Of a stretch of 64,000 bases of DNA, positions 30,352 through 40,929 are shown one piece after another. This DNA is from Candidatus Aminicenantes bacterium (GTDB taxonomy: Bacteria > Acidobacteriota > Aminicenantia > Aminicenantales > JAFGBC01): assembly GCA_963702005.1 (NCBI GenBank), contig OY969696.1, positions 1,792,001 through 1,856,000 of the forward strand, given 5' to 3'. The translations under genes were made by a program, and so were the position numbers. Each line of letters opens with the position of its first letter. Within the stretch, counting starts at the first letter, position 1. A model generated the notes under the pieces. The model saw only the letters and a program-made list of their open reading frames with translations, made no database searches and was not told the DNA's origin.

Positions 30352-31263
30352 ATGTCCAAACGATTCCTAATCGTTTTAATGATCGGCGCGGCTTTCCTCG
30401 CTTCCTGCGCCGTAGAAACCCGCGTCTCCGACCTTATAGAAATGCTGCCCGGTCCGGCCGACTCGGACGCCTGGGTCCGAAAAGGGGAGCCCCAGGTCTT
30501 CGCCGGCCGGGAGCTGTTCACCTACGTTGACGGCGGCGCCGATATCTACCTCGAATACGGATTCCGGAAGGTCCTTGTCCAGGACTACGAGAGCCGGGCC
30601 GGCAAGACCATCTCGGCCGAAATTTTCGAGATGGCGGATCCGGGCGCCGCTTTCGGGATGTACGCGTTCAAGAAAGGCAGCAAGGGCCGCGAGCTGGGGA
30701 GCGAAGGGCGCGGTCAGCTCGAGGATTATTATCTCAACTTTTGGAAAGGGCGCTATCTGGTCACCTTGACCGGCTTCGATTCCGACGGGGAGACGCTCGT
30801 CGGGCTCGAGACGCTGGCGCGCGCGGCCGAAGCCCGGATCGAGGGCGCCGGGCGTAGGCCTCGTTTCCTGGATACGCTTCCGGTCCGGGACATGATCAAG
30901 CCGAGCTTGAGCTACTTTCGCGGACCGCTCGGCCTGAACGCGGTCTATACGCGGATTTCGAGCGAGGTTCTGGGATTCAAGGAAGGGGCGGCGGCCGACT
31001 ATGACACCGGGATAAGCTTCATCGTCCTCCGCTACCCAAACGGACGGACCTCGCGGGCGGCGTTCGAGCGGCTGCGAGCGGCCTTGTCCGATCCGGCCAG
31101 GTTCTTTGAATTTCAGGATCTGGCGGACGATCTGGCGGCCGCCTCCGACGGAAAGGGGGCTTCTCTCTACACGATGCCGCGCGGCGATCGCCTCTGGATC
31201 GTGAGAGGCGGTTCCCCCAAAATAATCCGGTCGTTCCTGGCCGGCCTCCGGAACACTCGTTGA
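30352..31263 (+). CDS. Putative lipoprotein (DUF6599-like)
   Basis: LASC lipobox; LFTYVDGGADIYLEYGF; EIFEM..P..AFGMY. Confidence 0.7.
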   Translation: MSKRFLIVLMIGAAFLASCAVETRVSDLIEMLPGPADSDAWVRKGEPQVFAGRELFTYVDGGADIYLEYGFRKVLVQDYESRAGKTISAEIFEMADPGAAFGMYAFKKGSKGRELGSEGRGQLEDYYLNFWKGRYLVTLTGFDSDGETLVGLETLARAAEARIEGAGRRPRFLDTLPVRDMIKPSLSYFRGPLGLNAVYTRISSEVLGFKEGAAADYDTGISFIVLRYPNGRTSRAAFERLRAALSDPARFFEFQDLADDLAAASDGKGASLYTMPRGDRLWIVRGGSPKIIRSFLAGLRNTR

Positions 31264-31402
31264 CCCGTTCGCCGACGCTACCCCGCCCTAGAAGGCGGGG
31301 CTAAAAATCGGAGCCCCGCCTTTCAAGGCGGGGATGAGAGCGAGGCTCAGGGTTAATCATGAACAAGCCCCGGCCTTCAGGCCGGGGAGTCGATGATTTG
31401 AC
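31260..31402 (+). mobile_element. TGAC-bounded hairpin element, copy B
   Basis: TTGAC at both ends; as copy A plus an extra hairpin CCCCGCCCTAGAAGGCGGGG. The terminal TTGACA is 17 nt from TATCCT. Confidence 0.8.
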
Positions 31403-31449
31403 AGGTTTCCCGCCCTCGCATATCCTGGTTTCAGGAAGGAGACCCCCTG

Positions 31450-32508
31450 ATGATGAAGCGCAATTGGTCCCGACGTGATTTTTTAGCGGCTGGCGGCGGC
31501 TTCGTCGGCCTGGTCGGTTCCCTCCAAGCCTCACGGGTCCAGGGCCGGCGCATCGAACCGGAAGCGCCGCGCGCCGGCGGACTTCCATCATCCTCGGGAC
31601 GGGCCGCGTCCGGTGAGACGGCCACGATCGTCTTGGTCAAAGCCGACAGCCGCGGCGAGGGCGTCCGGAAATCGCTGGCCGTCCTCGGCATCAACCCGGT
31701 CCAGGGAAAGCGCACCCTCGTCAAGCCGAATTTCAACACATCCGACCCGACTCCGGGATCGACTCACAATGATACCCTGCGCGAGCTCCTGGCGGCGCTC
31801 AAAGCCATGGGCGCCGCGTCCCTCGCCGTCGGCGACCGGAGCGGGCCCGAGGAGTCCGAGCAAGTCCTGGCCAAGAAAGGAATCCGCGAGCTGGCCGCCG
31901 AGTTCGGCGCCGCGGTCCTCAATTTCGACGAGCTCGGATCCGACGGCTATGTCAAGTTCGCGCCGCACCGTTCCCATTGGCCCGACGGCTTCCTGGTCGC
32001 CAAGCCCGTCGTCGAGGCCGAGGCCGTCGTCTCGACCTGCTGCCTCAAGACCCACGGCTATGGCGGCATTTTTACGATGTCCCTCAAGAACTCGGTCGGC
32101 GTCGTTCCCCGCAAGGGCCATCCCTTCATGCGGCAGCTCCACAATTCGCCCCACCAGCGGCGGATGATCGCCGAAATCAATGGTGCTTATCGCCCCGCCC
32201 TGATCGTCGTGGACGGAATGGAAGTCTTCACGGACGGCGGCCCGATGACCGGAACCCTCAAGGCGGCGAACGTCTTCCTGGCCGGAACGGACCGGGTCGC
32301 GATCGACGCCGTCGGGGTCGCAATTCTCAAGGAGCTGGGCAGCAACAAAGCGATCATGGGGACGAAGATCTTCGCCCAGGAGCAGATCGCCCGCGCCGTC
32401 GAGCTCGGCCTGGGCGCCGGATCGGCCGACCGGATCGTCATCAAGACCGAGGACAAGGCGAGCGAAGATTACGCGGCAAAAATCCGGACCATCCTGGCCG
32501 AGGGCTGA
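31450..32508 (+). CDS. DUF362 family protein, Tat signal
   Basis: SRRDFL; VKPNFN; LKTH..FTMSLKN; DRVAIDAVG. Confidence 0.85.
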   Translation: MMKRNWSRRDFLAAGGGFVGLVGSLQASRVQGRRIEPEAPRAGGLPSSSGRAASGETATIVLVKADSRGEGVRKSLAVLGINPVQGKRTLVKPNFNTSDPTPGSTHNDTLRELLAALKAMGAASLAVGDRSGPEESEQVLAKKGIRELAAEFGAAVLNFDELGSDGYVKFAPHRSHWPDGFLVAKPVVEAEAVVSTCCLKTHGYGGIFTMSLKNSVGVVPRKGHPFMRQLHNSPHQRRMIAEINGAYRPALIVVDGMEVFTDGGPMTGTLKAANVFLAGTDRVAIDAVGVAILKELGSNKAIMGTKIFAQEQIARAVELGLGAGSADRIVIKTEDKASEDYAAKIRTILAEG

Positions 32509-32530
32509 TTCGTAACGAGGGGGGATTGAT

Positions 32531-34642
32531 ATGAACAAAGTAATCGCCGGATTGGCGGCGGCGGGATGCCTTCTGGCCGCGGGCCTCTGGGGGCCGGTTT
32601 GCGGTGGGGCGGCCTCGGTTCCGGCCGCGGGGCGTGCAGGGGATACAGGTTTCGGGGACATCCCCCTTTACTTCATCCCCAAAGCGGGACAGGCTGACGG
32701 CCGGGCGCTTTTCTACGCAAGGACGCCCCGCTACACCCTCTGGTTGTCTTCGAGCGGCCTCATCTTCGATGCCCTGAGGAAGGAGCGGAAGGAGGGACCT
32801 GGGGTCTTCAAGCGGGACGTCTCGGAGATCGTCTTCAAGGCTTCCCGTGAAGAGGTCCGGGCCGAAGCCCTCGACCCGTCTCCTTACATCGTCAGCCGTT
32901 TTGAGGGGAACGATGAGTCCCTCTGGACGACGGGCATCCCCTCCTCCCGGGCGGTATTGTACAGGGACCTCTATCCGGGGATCGACCTCAAGGTCTACGG
33001 CGTCGATCGCCAAGTCGAATATGATTGGATTGTCCGGCCCGGCGCGAACCCGGCCGCCATCCGCCTGGAATTCCGGGGCGTCCGGAAACCGAGGATTTGC
33101 GCCGATGGGACCCTTATCGTCAAGACGGCTTTCGGCAACATCCGGCATCGGAGGCCCGTAGCCTATCAGGAAGCCGGGGGACGGCGCGTCACCATCGAGG
33201 CGGGGTTCAAGGCGTTGGACGGGAATGAATTCGGTTTCGAGCTCGGTCCTTACGATCCTCGCCTCCCGCTCGTCATCGATCCGGTCGTCCTGACCTACGC
33301 GACCTATCTCGGCGGCGACGATCTCGATGAGATCACGGCGATCGCGGCCGATTCCAGCGGCGCCATCTACTGCGCTGGCATCAGCTTCAGCGCCGATTTC
33401 CCGGCGGCATCTTCGGGCTCCAACGCCCTTGGCTATGCCCGTGTGGACAACTTCGTGACGAAGCTCTCGGCGGATGGCCGCAGCCTGGTTTATACGGCCT
33501 TCTTTCCCATCGGCCAATACATGGAGGGGATACGCATTCCGGACCTTGCCGTCGACGGGCGCGGCTCGGCCTATCTGGTCGGTTCGACCACCACCAAGTC
33601 CTTCCCGGTTAAAAACGCCATCCAGAAAACATTCGGCGGAGGTCCCGTGGACGGGTTTGTTCTCAAGCTCGCCCCGAGCGGCCGAAGCCTCGTTTATTCC
33701 AGTTACCTCGGCGGCGGGGGCTGGGATGCGACCCTCGGTATCGCGGTCGACGGCCAGGGGGAGGCTTTCGTCGCCGGCCTGACGGGCAGCGATGATATCC
33801 CGATTAAAAAGGCCTATCAGCCTAAGCGGAAAGGCGATCTCGATATTTTTGTCAGCAAGCTCTCCGCCGACGGCCGGAGTCTCGTCTTCTCGACATTTCT
33901 CGGGGGGTCCGACACGGAGGCGCCCTGCGACATCGGCATCGACGGAAGCGGCGCTGCTTATGTGTTTGGAAGCTCGGACAGCTCCGACTTTCCCCTCAAG
34001 TCCGCGGTCCAGAAGGCCAGGGCCGGTAGGGAAGATTTCGTGCTGACCAAATTCTCTCCGGACGGCCGGAGTCTCGTCTATTCAACTTTCCTGGGCGGCG
34101 TTCAATCGGATATCCCCGAAACCCTGGCCGTGGACGCCTCCGGAGCCGCCGTCGTCGTGGGCTATACCTCCAGCCAATTTCCGGTCAAGAACGCCTTTCA
34201 ACCGGCCCGGAAAGGGGCGCGTGAAGGGGTCGTGGCCAAGTTCGCCCCGGACGGCAAGAGCCTCATCTTTTCCACGTTTCTGGGCGGGACGGGCGATGAT
34301 TCCTGTCTTGGAGTCGCGGCGGACGCCGACGGCCGGATCTTCGTCTCGGGATTCACCGAGAGCCGTAATTTTCCCAAGAAGAAAGCCATACAGTCCGTCC
34401 TGAAAGGCAGAAGAGACGGTTTCCTGGCCGAATTCGACGCGACCGGCCGCAGCCTTCTTTTTTCCACTTACTTGGGCGGATCCTACAGAGACCAGGCTAC
34501 TAGAGTCTGCCTCGATTCTGTGGGCCGGGTCTATCTGGCGGGAATAACGAACAGCCTTGACTTCCCGGTTCAAGCGCCTTTCCAAGGGACCTTCGGCGGG
34601 GGCTTATGGGACGCGTTCATCGCTAGGATTGAAATCAAGTAA
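32531..34642 (+). CDS. SBBP repeat secreted protein (paralog of 5874-7994)
   Basis: Same N-domain and STFLGG repeats. Confidence 0.9.
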   Translation: MNKVIAGLAAAGCLLAAGLWGPVCGGAASVPAAGRAGDTGFGDIPLYFIPKAGQADGRALFYARTPRYTLWLSSSGLIFDALRKERKEGPGVFKRDVSEIVFKASREEVRAEALDPSPYIVSRFEGNDESLWTTGIPSSRAVLYRDLYPGIDLKVYGVDRQVEYDWIVRPGANPAAIRLEFRGVRKPRICADGTLIVKTAFGNIRHRRPVAYQEAGGRRVTIEAGFKALDGNEFGFELGPYDPRLPLVIDPVVLTYATYLGGDDLDEITAIAADSSGAIYCAGISFSADFPAASSGSNALGYARVDNFVTKLSADGRSLVYTAFFPIGQYMEGIRIPDLAVDGRGSAYLVGSTTTKSFPVKNAIQKTFGGGPVDGFVLKLAPSGRSLVYSSYLGGGGWDATLGIAVDGQGEAFVAGLTGSDDIPIKKAYQPKRKGDLDIFVSKLSADGRSLVFSTFLGGSDTEAPCDIGIDGSGAAYVFGSSDSSDFPLKSAVQKARAGREDFVLTKFSPDGRSLVYSTFLGGVQSDIPETLAVDASGAAVVVGYTSSQFPVKNAFQPARKGAREGVVAKFAPDGKSLIFSTFLGGTGDDSCLGVAADADGRIFVSGFTESRNFPKKKAIQSVLKGRRDGFLAEFDATGRSLLFSTYLGGSYRDQATRVCLDSVGRVYLAGITNSLDFPVQAPFQGTFGGGLWDAFIARIEIK

Positions 34643-34713
34643 GCGGCGGGGAGGGCCGGCCTTTTCGGGACACTCCTGGCGGCGCGCGGGCCATTTATGT
34701 ATAATGTCCGCTC

Positions 34714-36525
34714 ATGTTTCCAACGGATAGCGGCGCGGGCGATCACGTCACGACTCTGAGCCGGATCTTTCTTCAAACCTGCCGAATCTATCCCAAACCG
34801 GACCTGTTGATGGTAAAGCGGGACGGCTTCTACCGGCCCATCTCGACCTCGGAATTCGAAAACAAGGTCCGGGACCTGTCTCTCGGCCTCCGGGAGCTGG
34901 GGCTTCGTCCCGGCGACAAGGTCGTCATCCTATCCGAAAACCGGCCGGAATGGGTCATCGCGGATTTCGCCGTCCTGTGCGCCGGCGGGGTCACGGTCCC
35001 CGTTTATACGTCCCTGATGCCCGAGCAGATTCGCTATATCATCTCCGATTCGGAGGCCAAGATCGGCATCTGTTCAAACCGGGATCTCTGGCTCAAGGTC
35101 GAGGCCGTCCGCGAGAAGCTCCCCCTCCTCGAGCACGCCGTCCTGATCGAGGAGGAAGCGCCCCGGGGCGTCTGGAGCTTTTCCGAGGTCATGGCCAAAG
35201 GGCGGCGGGCGGCCGCCCCGGAGGCCGGTCTTTTCGAACGCGGCGCCGAAGAGGTCCGGCCCGACGACCTGGCTTCGATCATTTATACCTCGGGGACGAC
35301 CGGGACGCCCCGCGGCGTCATGCTCAGCCACGCCAATTTCGTCAGCAACATCGAATCCCTGGACCGGATCATTTCCTTCAGAGATACCGACACGGCCCTC
35401 TCGTTCCTGCCCTTGTCTCACGTTCTGGAGAGGACGGGGACCTTTTTCCTCCTCTCCAAGGGCGCCTCGATCGCCTACGCGGAAAAGGTCGAGACCGTGG
35501 CCGAGAACATGCTCGAGGTCCGGCCGACAATCATCATCGGCGTCCCCCGCTTCTTCGAGAAGATCTACGCAAAGGTCATGGACCAGGTCCTGTCCAGTCC
35601 CCCCTTGCGGCGCCGGATTTTTTTCTGGGCCGTCAAGGTCGGAAAATCGTGCGCGGCCAAGACCGTCGCCGGACGGCCCATCCCCAAGCGATTGGCGTTT
35701 GCCCGGGCCCTGGCCCGCCGGCTCGTCTATGCCAAGATCGTCTCCAAAACGGGCGGGCGAGTCCGATTCTTCATCTGCGGCGGGGCGCCGCTGTCCGAGG
35801 ACATCGCCGAGTTCTTCTATGCCATGGATCTCTTCATCCTCCCCGGCTACGGATTGACCGAGACCTCGCCCGTCCTGTCGGCCAACGTCCTGACCGGCTA
35901 TCGATTCGGGACGGTCGGCAAGCCCATCCCCGGGGTCGAGATCCGGATCGAGCCCGACGGCGAGATCCTGGCCCGCGGTCCCAACATCATGATCGGCTAC
36001 TACAAGAACGAGGCCGAGACGAAGGCGGTTCTCGAGGACGGTTGGCTGCGCACCGGCGATATCGGCTTCCTGGACGCCGACGGCTACCTGGTCATTACCG
36101 ACCGTAAGAAGGACCTGATCGTGACCTCGGGCGGAAAGAACGTCGCCCCCCAGCCGATCGAGATCCTCCTCCAGTCGAATCCCTACATCCAGAGCGCCGT
36201 CGTAGTCGGGGCGGCCCGCAAGTTCATCTCGGCCCTGATCGTCCCCGCTTTCGAGAAGCTTGAAGCCTATGCCCGGGCCAACGCAATCCCCTTCCTGAGC
36301 CGGAGCGAGCTCTGCCGGCGCGAGGATGTCGTCGCCTTCCTTCTGGCTGAAGTCCAACGGGCGACGCCGGGCCTGGCCTCCTACGAACGGGTCAAGCGGA
36401 TCGCTCTCCTCGACCGGGACTTCGAGATCGAGGCCGGCGAGGTCACGCCGACCCTCAAGATCCGGCGCGCCATCGTCGAGGAGAAATACCGGCCTTTGAT
36501 CGACGCCCTATATGAGGGCAGCTGA
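34714..36525 (+). CDS. Long-chain fatty acid-CoA ligase
   Basis: IIYTSGTTGTPRG, GYGLTET, GWLRTGDIG, DRKKD, TPTLK. Confidence 0.92.
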   Translation: MFPTDSGAGDHVTTLSRIFLQTCRIYPKPDLLMVKRDGFYRPISTSEFENKVRDLSLGLRELGLRPGDKVVILSENRPEWVIADFAVLCAGGVTVPVYTSLMPEQIRYIISDSEAKIGICSNRDLWLKVEAVREKLPLLEHAVLIEEEAPRGVWSFSEVMAKGRRAAAPEAGLFERGAEEVRPDDLASIIYTSGTTGTPRGVMLSHANFVSNIESLDRIISFRDTDTALSFLPLSHVLERTGTFFLLSKGASIAYAEKVETVAENMLEVRPTIIIGVPRFFEKIYAKVMDQVLSSPPLRRRIFFWAVKVGKSCAAKTVAGRPIPKRLAFARALARRLVYAKIVSKTGGRVRFFICGGAPLSEDIAEFFYAMDLFILPGYGLTETSPVLSANVLTGYRFGTVGKPIPGVEIRIEPDGEILARGPNIMIGYYKNEAETKAVLEDGWLRTGDIGFLDADGYLVITDRKKDLIVTSGGKNVAPQPIEILLQSNPYIQSAVVVGAARKFISALIVPAFEKLEAYARANAIPFLSRSELCRREDVVAFLLAEVQRATPGLASYERVKRIALLDRDFEIEAGEVTPTLKIRRAIVEEKYRPLIDALYEGS

Positions 36526-36610
36526 GGCCGGTCCGCACGATATCCCATGAGGTCTTGACACACTAGAATATTTATTTGATATTACAATCAGGCGGGGGAT
36601 AGATGAAGAC

Positions 36611-38719
36611 ATGAAAAAAATCTTCTATCCGATCCTGGCTGGGTTAAGCCTCTGTCTCATAGGCGCGTCCCCGGCCGTCGGTTCTCGTTTTAGCCGGACG
36701 CTAGACAAGAAGGATCAGACTCCTCTTCAACATGAAGTCACCGTAACGCTCAAGCTGGTCCAGGTTCAGGTCGTGGATAAACGCGGGCAACCCGTAACCG
36801 ACCTGGAAAAATCGGATTTCGCGCTCAAGGACAACGGGAAACCGAGAGTTATCACGGATTTCGAAAAGCACATCTCGCCCGAGGCGGCCATGCCGCCTGA
36901 ACCGCAAAGCCCGGCTTCCTCCGGAGTTTCTTCAGGATTGAATAGAAAGTTCATGTTCTTCTTTGATTTCGCCTTCAACACTCCGTCCGGAGTTAAAAAA
37001 GCCAAAGAAGCGGCTCTGGATTTTATAGACACCCGGATCAGTCCCGATGATGAGATCGGGATCGTTTCATATTCCGCCCGGATGGGCTTGAAGCTCCACG
37101 AATTCTTAACGCGAGACCACGCCAAGGTGCGCCAACTCGTCGCTGGCCTGGGCGGAGCACAGGCCATGGGAAGGGCGATCGACCTGGGAGACCGCTATTT
37201 GGCCGACATGAAATCGCTAGAGGAAGCCCTGTCGGTCGGAGGACGAGGTGAGTTTGTAAATTCTAGTGAAATTACAAGTAAAATTAATCAAATCAACTAT
37301 GAAGGTTCCGTGACTGATTTCGCAACTCAAGTCAAGGATCTAGCCTCATCCCTCCGCTATGTTCCGGGTCAGAAGAATATTATTTTCTTCTCGTCCGGAA
37401 TTGCCAATTTTGTCCTATACGGAAAGCGCCTTGAAGGAACCTCGGGCTATTATGTATCCTTAAGCAATAACTGGGGAAACTCAGCTTTACGGGAAGCCTT
37501 TTCAGATATGAGTAAAGCGCTGGCCTCCTCCAACTGCATCATTTACACGGTCAATGTCCTAGGTCAACCATCCGGCCGCTTCGATGATAGGATGTTATTT
37601 CAAGGGTCCGGTCCCTACGATGATAAAAACCTGTCTGGCGATTTGTCGCTTAAGCAATTGGCGAGCGAGACGGGCGGCCGCTATTTCGACAACGTCAAAA
37701 ACTATGAGACGATCAACGAGGAAATCCAAAGATCGACCGGTTCCTATTATGTCTTAGGCTATTACATCGACGACAAAATAGACGGCAAGTATCATAAGAT
37801 CGGGGTCGAGGTCAAACGAAAGGGCTGCCGGGTTTATGGACAAAAAGGATATTTCGATCCAAAGCCGTTTTCCGAATACACAACGAACGAAAAGCTCCTT
37901 CAGCTGATCGACCTGGCCCTGAGCGATCGTCCTTATCTCCAGGATGCCGTCAATTTTCCGCTGATCGTCCTGCCCTATGCCCTTGGAGCCAAAGCCGGAC
38001 TCGCCCTCCTGGCCAAGGTCCCGGCGGGGAAAATCTTTCAGGCGGCGGGGCAGAGAGTGGAAGCCCTGACGCTCGTCTTCGATCAAAAACGGGATGTTGT
38101 AGCATTCAAGAGGGAAGAGGTCGCCGGGTGGCCCGGGTCGGAGGAGGACGCGTTCGTTTCGTCCCTGATCTCTCTTGATCCCGGCGAATACCAATGCCGG
38201 GTGGTTCTGAGAAATATGGAAACCGGAATGGGAGCCCGAGGCTCCTGCCGTGTCTCCGTTCCCGAGGGTCAGAGTTCGAGATTCATGCTGCTCGCGCCGC
38301 TCATCCTCAGGCCGGGGAAAGGAACCGTATTTTTGAACGGCGCGACAGCGACGGCTAAGAATCCGGCCCGAGTTCTTTTCACCGATATCTATCCTTTCGA
38401 CACGGAGCGATATTGCCCCATTACGAAGCCGCTCGAAAAAACGAATACGGAGCTCTCGGTTGTTGTCCGTTGCCAGGGATCCGGCCTCCGGAATCCGGAC
38501 TTGGTCTTTTCCGCCCAGCTCGTCGCCGCTTCCTCGGGGGAGATCGTCCCGGTTTCGACCTCGGTCGTCAAACAATCGGAAAACGGCCAGGCGTTCGTGT
38601 CCGAACTGCGGCTCATAACGGGAGAGCTCAAGCCGGGCGAATACACCCTGACCTTGTTCGCGGGCGAGAAGAATTCGGGGCAGAGCTCGACGGCGACAAG
38701 CAACTTCAAAGTCGACTGA
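36611..38719 (+). CDS. VWFA-related (Acidobacteria-type) domain protein
   Basis: V.V.VVDKRG.PV.DL...DF, LASETGGR, YYVLGY, GKYHKI.V.V. Confidence 0.85.
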   Translation: MKKIFYPILAGLSLCLIGASPAVGSRFSRTLDKKDQTPLQHEVTVTLKLVQVQVVDKRGQPVTDLEKSDFALKDNGKPRVITDFEKHISPEAAMPPEPQSPASSGVSSGLNRKFMFFFDFAFNTPSGVKKAKEAALDFIDTRISPDDEIGIVSYSARMGLKLHEFLTRDHAKVRQLVAGLGGAQAMGRAIDLGDRYLADMKSLEEALSVGGRGEFVNSSEITSKINQINYEGSVTDFATQVKDLASSLRYVPGQKNIIFFSSGIANFVLYGKRLEGTSGYYVSLSNNWGNSALREAFSDMSKALASSNCIIYTVNVLGQPSGRFDDRMLFQGSGPYDDKNLSGDLSLKQLASETGGRYFDNVKNYETINEEIQRSTGSYYVLGYYIDDKIDGKYHKIGVEVKRKGCRVYGQKGYFDPKPFSEYTTNEKLLQLIDLALSDRPYLQDAVNFPLIVLPYALGAKAGLALLAKVPAGKIFQAAGQRVEALTLVFDQKRDVVAFKREEVAGWPGSEEDAFVSSLISLDPGEYQCRVVLRNMETGMGARGSCRVSVPEGQSSRFMLLAPLILRPGKGTVFLNGATATAKNPARVLFTDIYPFDTERYCPITKPLEKTNTELSVVVRCQGSGLRNPDLVFSAQLVAASSGEIVPVSTSVVKQSENGQAFVSELRLITGELKPGEYTLTLFAGEKNSGQSSTATSNFKVD

Positions 38720-38841
38720 CGAATATTTTTCTATGCCGTAAGTATCATGTTCTAATCCGAGGCTCCAGCCCTTGACAAGGCCTGACCCGATCGCTATTAT
38801 CCCTATATTGTTAGTGTAATTAAGGAAAGGAGACAAAGACA

Positions 38842-39864
38842 ATGAATCAACTCAAAAGATTGAGCGCGCTGGCCGCCGTCCTTCTAGTCCTGGCCGCTCC
38901 CATGCTGGCCGGCGTCGTCAAGAAGTCGAAGTCCCAAGTGACCTTCAAGGGCTTCGGGACGCTGAGCCTGGAGCAGAGCGAGCGGTTGACGGCCGAGAAG
39001 AAGGCGTCCGATTCCAAGACCGACTTCAAGGGCAAGGGGCTCCTGGGAAAAACCCTGGGCTCGGCCTTGCTCCGTTCGGGCAGCGGCGGCGAGATCGTCG
39101 ATCTCCCGGCCATGACCGTGACCAGCTTCGACAACAAGAAGAAGGAGTATTCGACGCGCCCGCTCGAGAAGATCAAGCTGGAGCAGCCGTCCGGCCAGGC
39201 CGAAGCCGGCCAGCAGGCCGAGGCCAAGCCCGTCAACGAAAGCGACATTAAGATCATCCGCAGCGAGTTCAAGGTCGAGGACACCGGCGAGACCCAGACC
39301 TTCAACCAGTTCCCCTGCAAGAAGTACGCCGTCAACTGGGAAGCCGAGTGGGAAAACGTCAAGACCAAGGCCAAGGGCACGGACAAGATGACGACACTGG
39401 TCTGGACGACCCCGATGAGCGGCGAGCTTCAGGCCGCTCAGGCCGAGGAGCTGAAATTCTCCCGGGCCTACCTCAAGGCGATCGGCCTTGACGCGGACGT
39501 CCTCAAGCGGGACGTCCTGGGCGGGCAGTGGGTCCAGCTCCTGAGCTCGATGAACCCGGCCAACCCGAGCCCCTCCCCCAAGGGCCAGCAGGTCGCGAAC
39601 GAGCTCAAGAAGATCGAGGGCTACCCCATCGTCATCGACGGCAAGTACTTCGCCATCCGGCCCGAGGGCGAGAAGAAGGCCGATGAGGAAGGGGGCGGCG
39701 GGCTGTCCTTGGGCAAGCTGGCTATGGGCGCTCTCAAGAAGAAGCCCAAGCCCGGCGAGGATCAGGAGCCGGCCATCTCCTATTACATCGAGATCCAGCA
39801 GCTCGCCTCCGCCCAGCTTGACGAGACGGCCTTCCAAGTGCCGGCGGGCTACAAGCAAAAGTAG
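38842..39864 (+). CDS. Secreted hypothetical protein (DUF4412-like)
   Basis: Signal peptide, TGET......CKKY, C-terminal FQVPAGYK. Confidence 0.7.
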   Translation: MNQLKRLSALAAVLLVLAAPMLAGVVKKSKSQVTFKGFGTLSLEQSERLTAEKKASDSKTDFKGKGLLGKTLGSALLRSGSGGEIVDLPAMTVTSFDNKKKEYSTRPLEKIKLEQPSGQAEAGQQAEAKPVNESDIKIIRSEFKVEDTGETQTFNQFPCKKYAVNWEAEWENVKTKAKGTDKMTTLVWTTPMSGELQAAQAEELKFSRAYLKAIGLDADVLKRDVLGGQWVQLLSSMNPANPSPSPKGQQVANELKKIEGYPIVIDGKYFAIRPEGEKKADEEGGGGLSLGKLAMGALKKKPKPGEDQEPAISYYIEIQQLASAQLDETAFQVPAGYKQK

Positions 39865-40323
39865 CGCTTCGCAGCGATCGACGTTCCGGGCCGGGCGCCG
39901 CTCTTGAGGCGGCCCCGGCCTTTCTTTTTCGCGGGGCAGGGGATGGAAAAATTCTTTCCATGCCTGTAAAAAAATAGGGGACATGTTCGTCCCCCGCCGC
40001 GATTCCCGATAATCCTTGCCTGTCCGCGGCCGATTCCCTGCCCGGCGCCCTGGTATGATTCTTGCCTATCCAAGGGTGATCGGAATCCTCATGGCATCGA
40101 GTCCAATATTTTGGAATCAAGAAGCGAGGAGGTCCCATTGAAAAAAGCGTGCGTTTTGTTTATGGCACTGGCTCTGGCCATGGCCGCGCCGTTCGCCGTC
40201 GCCTCGATTCAAGACCTCTCGAAAGCTTTCGAGAACGGCGAAATCGATAAGATCCTCAAGATGCTCGACGATGACCCGCAATTGCTGAAGGCCGACATGG
40301 GCGCGGGCATGACGCCCTTGCAC

Positions 40324-40929
40324 GAAAGCTTTACAGGCTGCCCCGTGGCTTGCCACGGGGTGGAATGTATGCCTTGCCGAGGGGGTGATAAGGGGGACCG
40401 GAAAGTCCCCCTTATCCACAAAGGCCCTTGCTCGGGAGTGTGGTAAAGTATATGGGTGACGCTGAAACGGACGAGTCATTCGGTCTACGACACGTCCTAC
40501 CATCTGGTCTGGTGTCCGAAGTACCGGAAGAAGATATTCGAGCGGGTGGAAGTCCGGGAACGAGCGAAACAGATCGTGGGAGAGATTTGCGAATCGTACG
40601 ATATTGAAATCATCGAGATGGAAATTACCGAAGATCATATTCATTTGCTAGTATCATTTCCGCCATCGCGATCGATCGGGGAGGTCGTCAGGATCATAAA
40701 GAGCATGAGTGGGAGGGGGTTGTTTCGCGAGTTTGCGGGCTTGAAAAAGAAGCTGTGGGGCGGGGAAGTGTGGGAGGACGGATATTTCGCAAGGACGGTC
40801 GGAGACCGGATGACGAGGGATGTGATCGCGAAGTACATCGTCAGTCACCGAGAACTGGAGCAAGGGCCTGCGCAGCTGGCCTTGAAGCTGCGCTCCTAAT
40901 GCCCCGCGGCTTGCCGCGGGGATCTTTAC
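40324..40929 (+). mobile_element. IS200/IS605-family IS (tnpA only), 606 bp, copy 1
   Basis: Subterminal hairpins CCCCGTGGCTTGCCACGGGG and CCCCGCGGCTTGCCGCGGGG; inserted after TGCAC, ends TTAC, no target duplication. Confidence 0.95.
40456..40899 (+). CDS. tnpA: Y1 HUH transposase
   Basis: YHLVWCPKYR, DHIH, WEDGYF..TVG, IAKYI. Confidence 0.95.
   Translation: MTLKRTSHSVYDTSYHLVWCPKYRKKIFERVEVRERAKQIVGEICESYDIEIIEMEITEDHIHLLVSFPPSRSIGEVVRIIKSMSGRGLFREFAGLKKKLWGGEVWEDGYFARTVGDRMTRDVIAKYIVSHRELEQGPAQLALKLRS

Noticed and set aside
40324-40929. IStron (group I intron-IS chimera) explanation for the intragenic IS
   Set aside because: Only about 130 nt of non-coding left end, no recognisable group I core, and copy 2 is antisense to its host gene.
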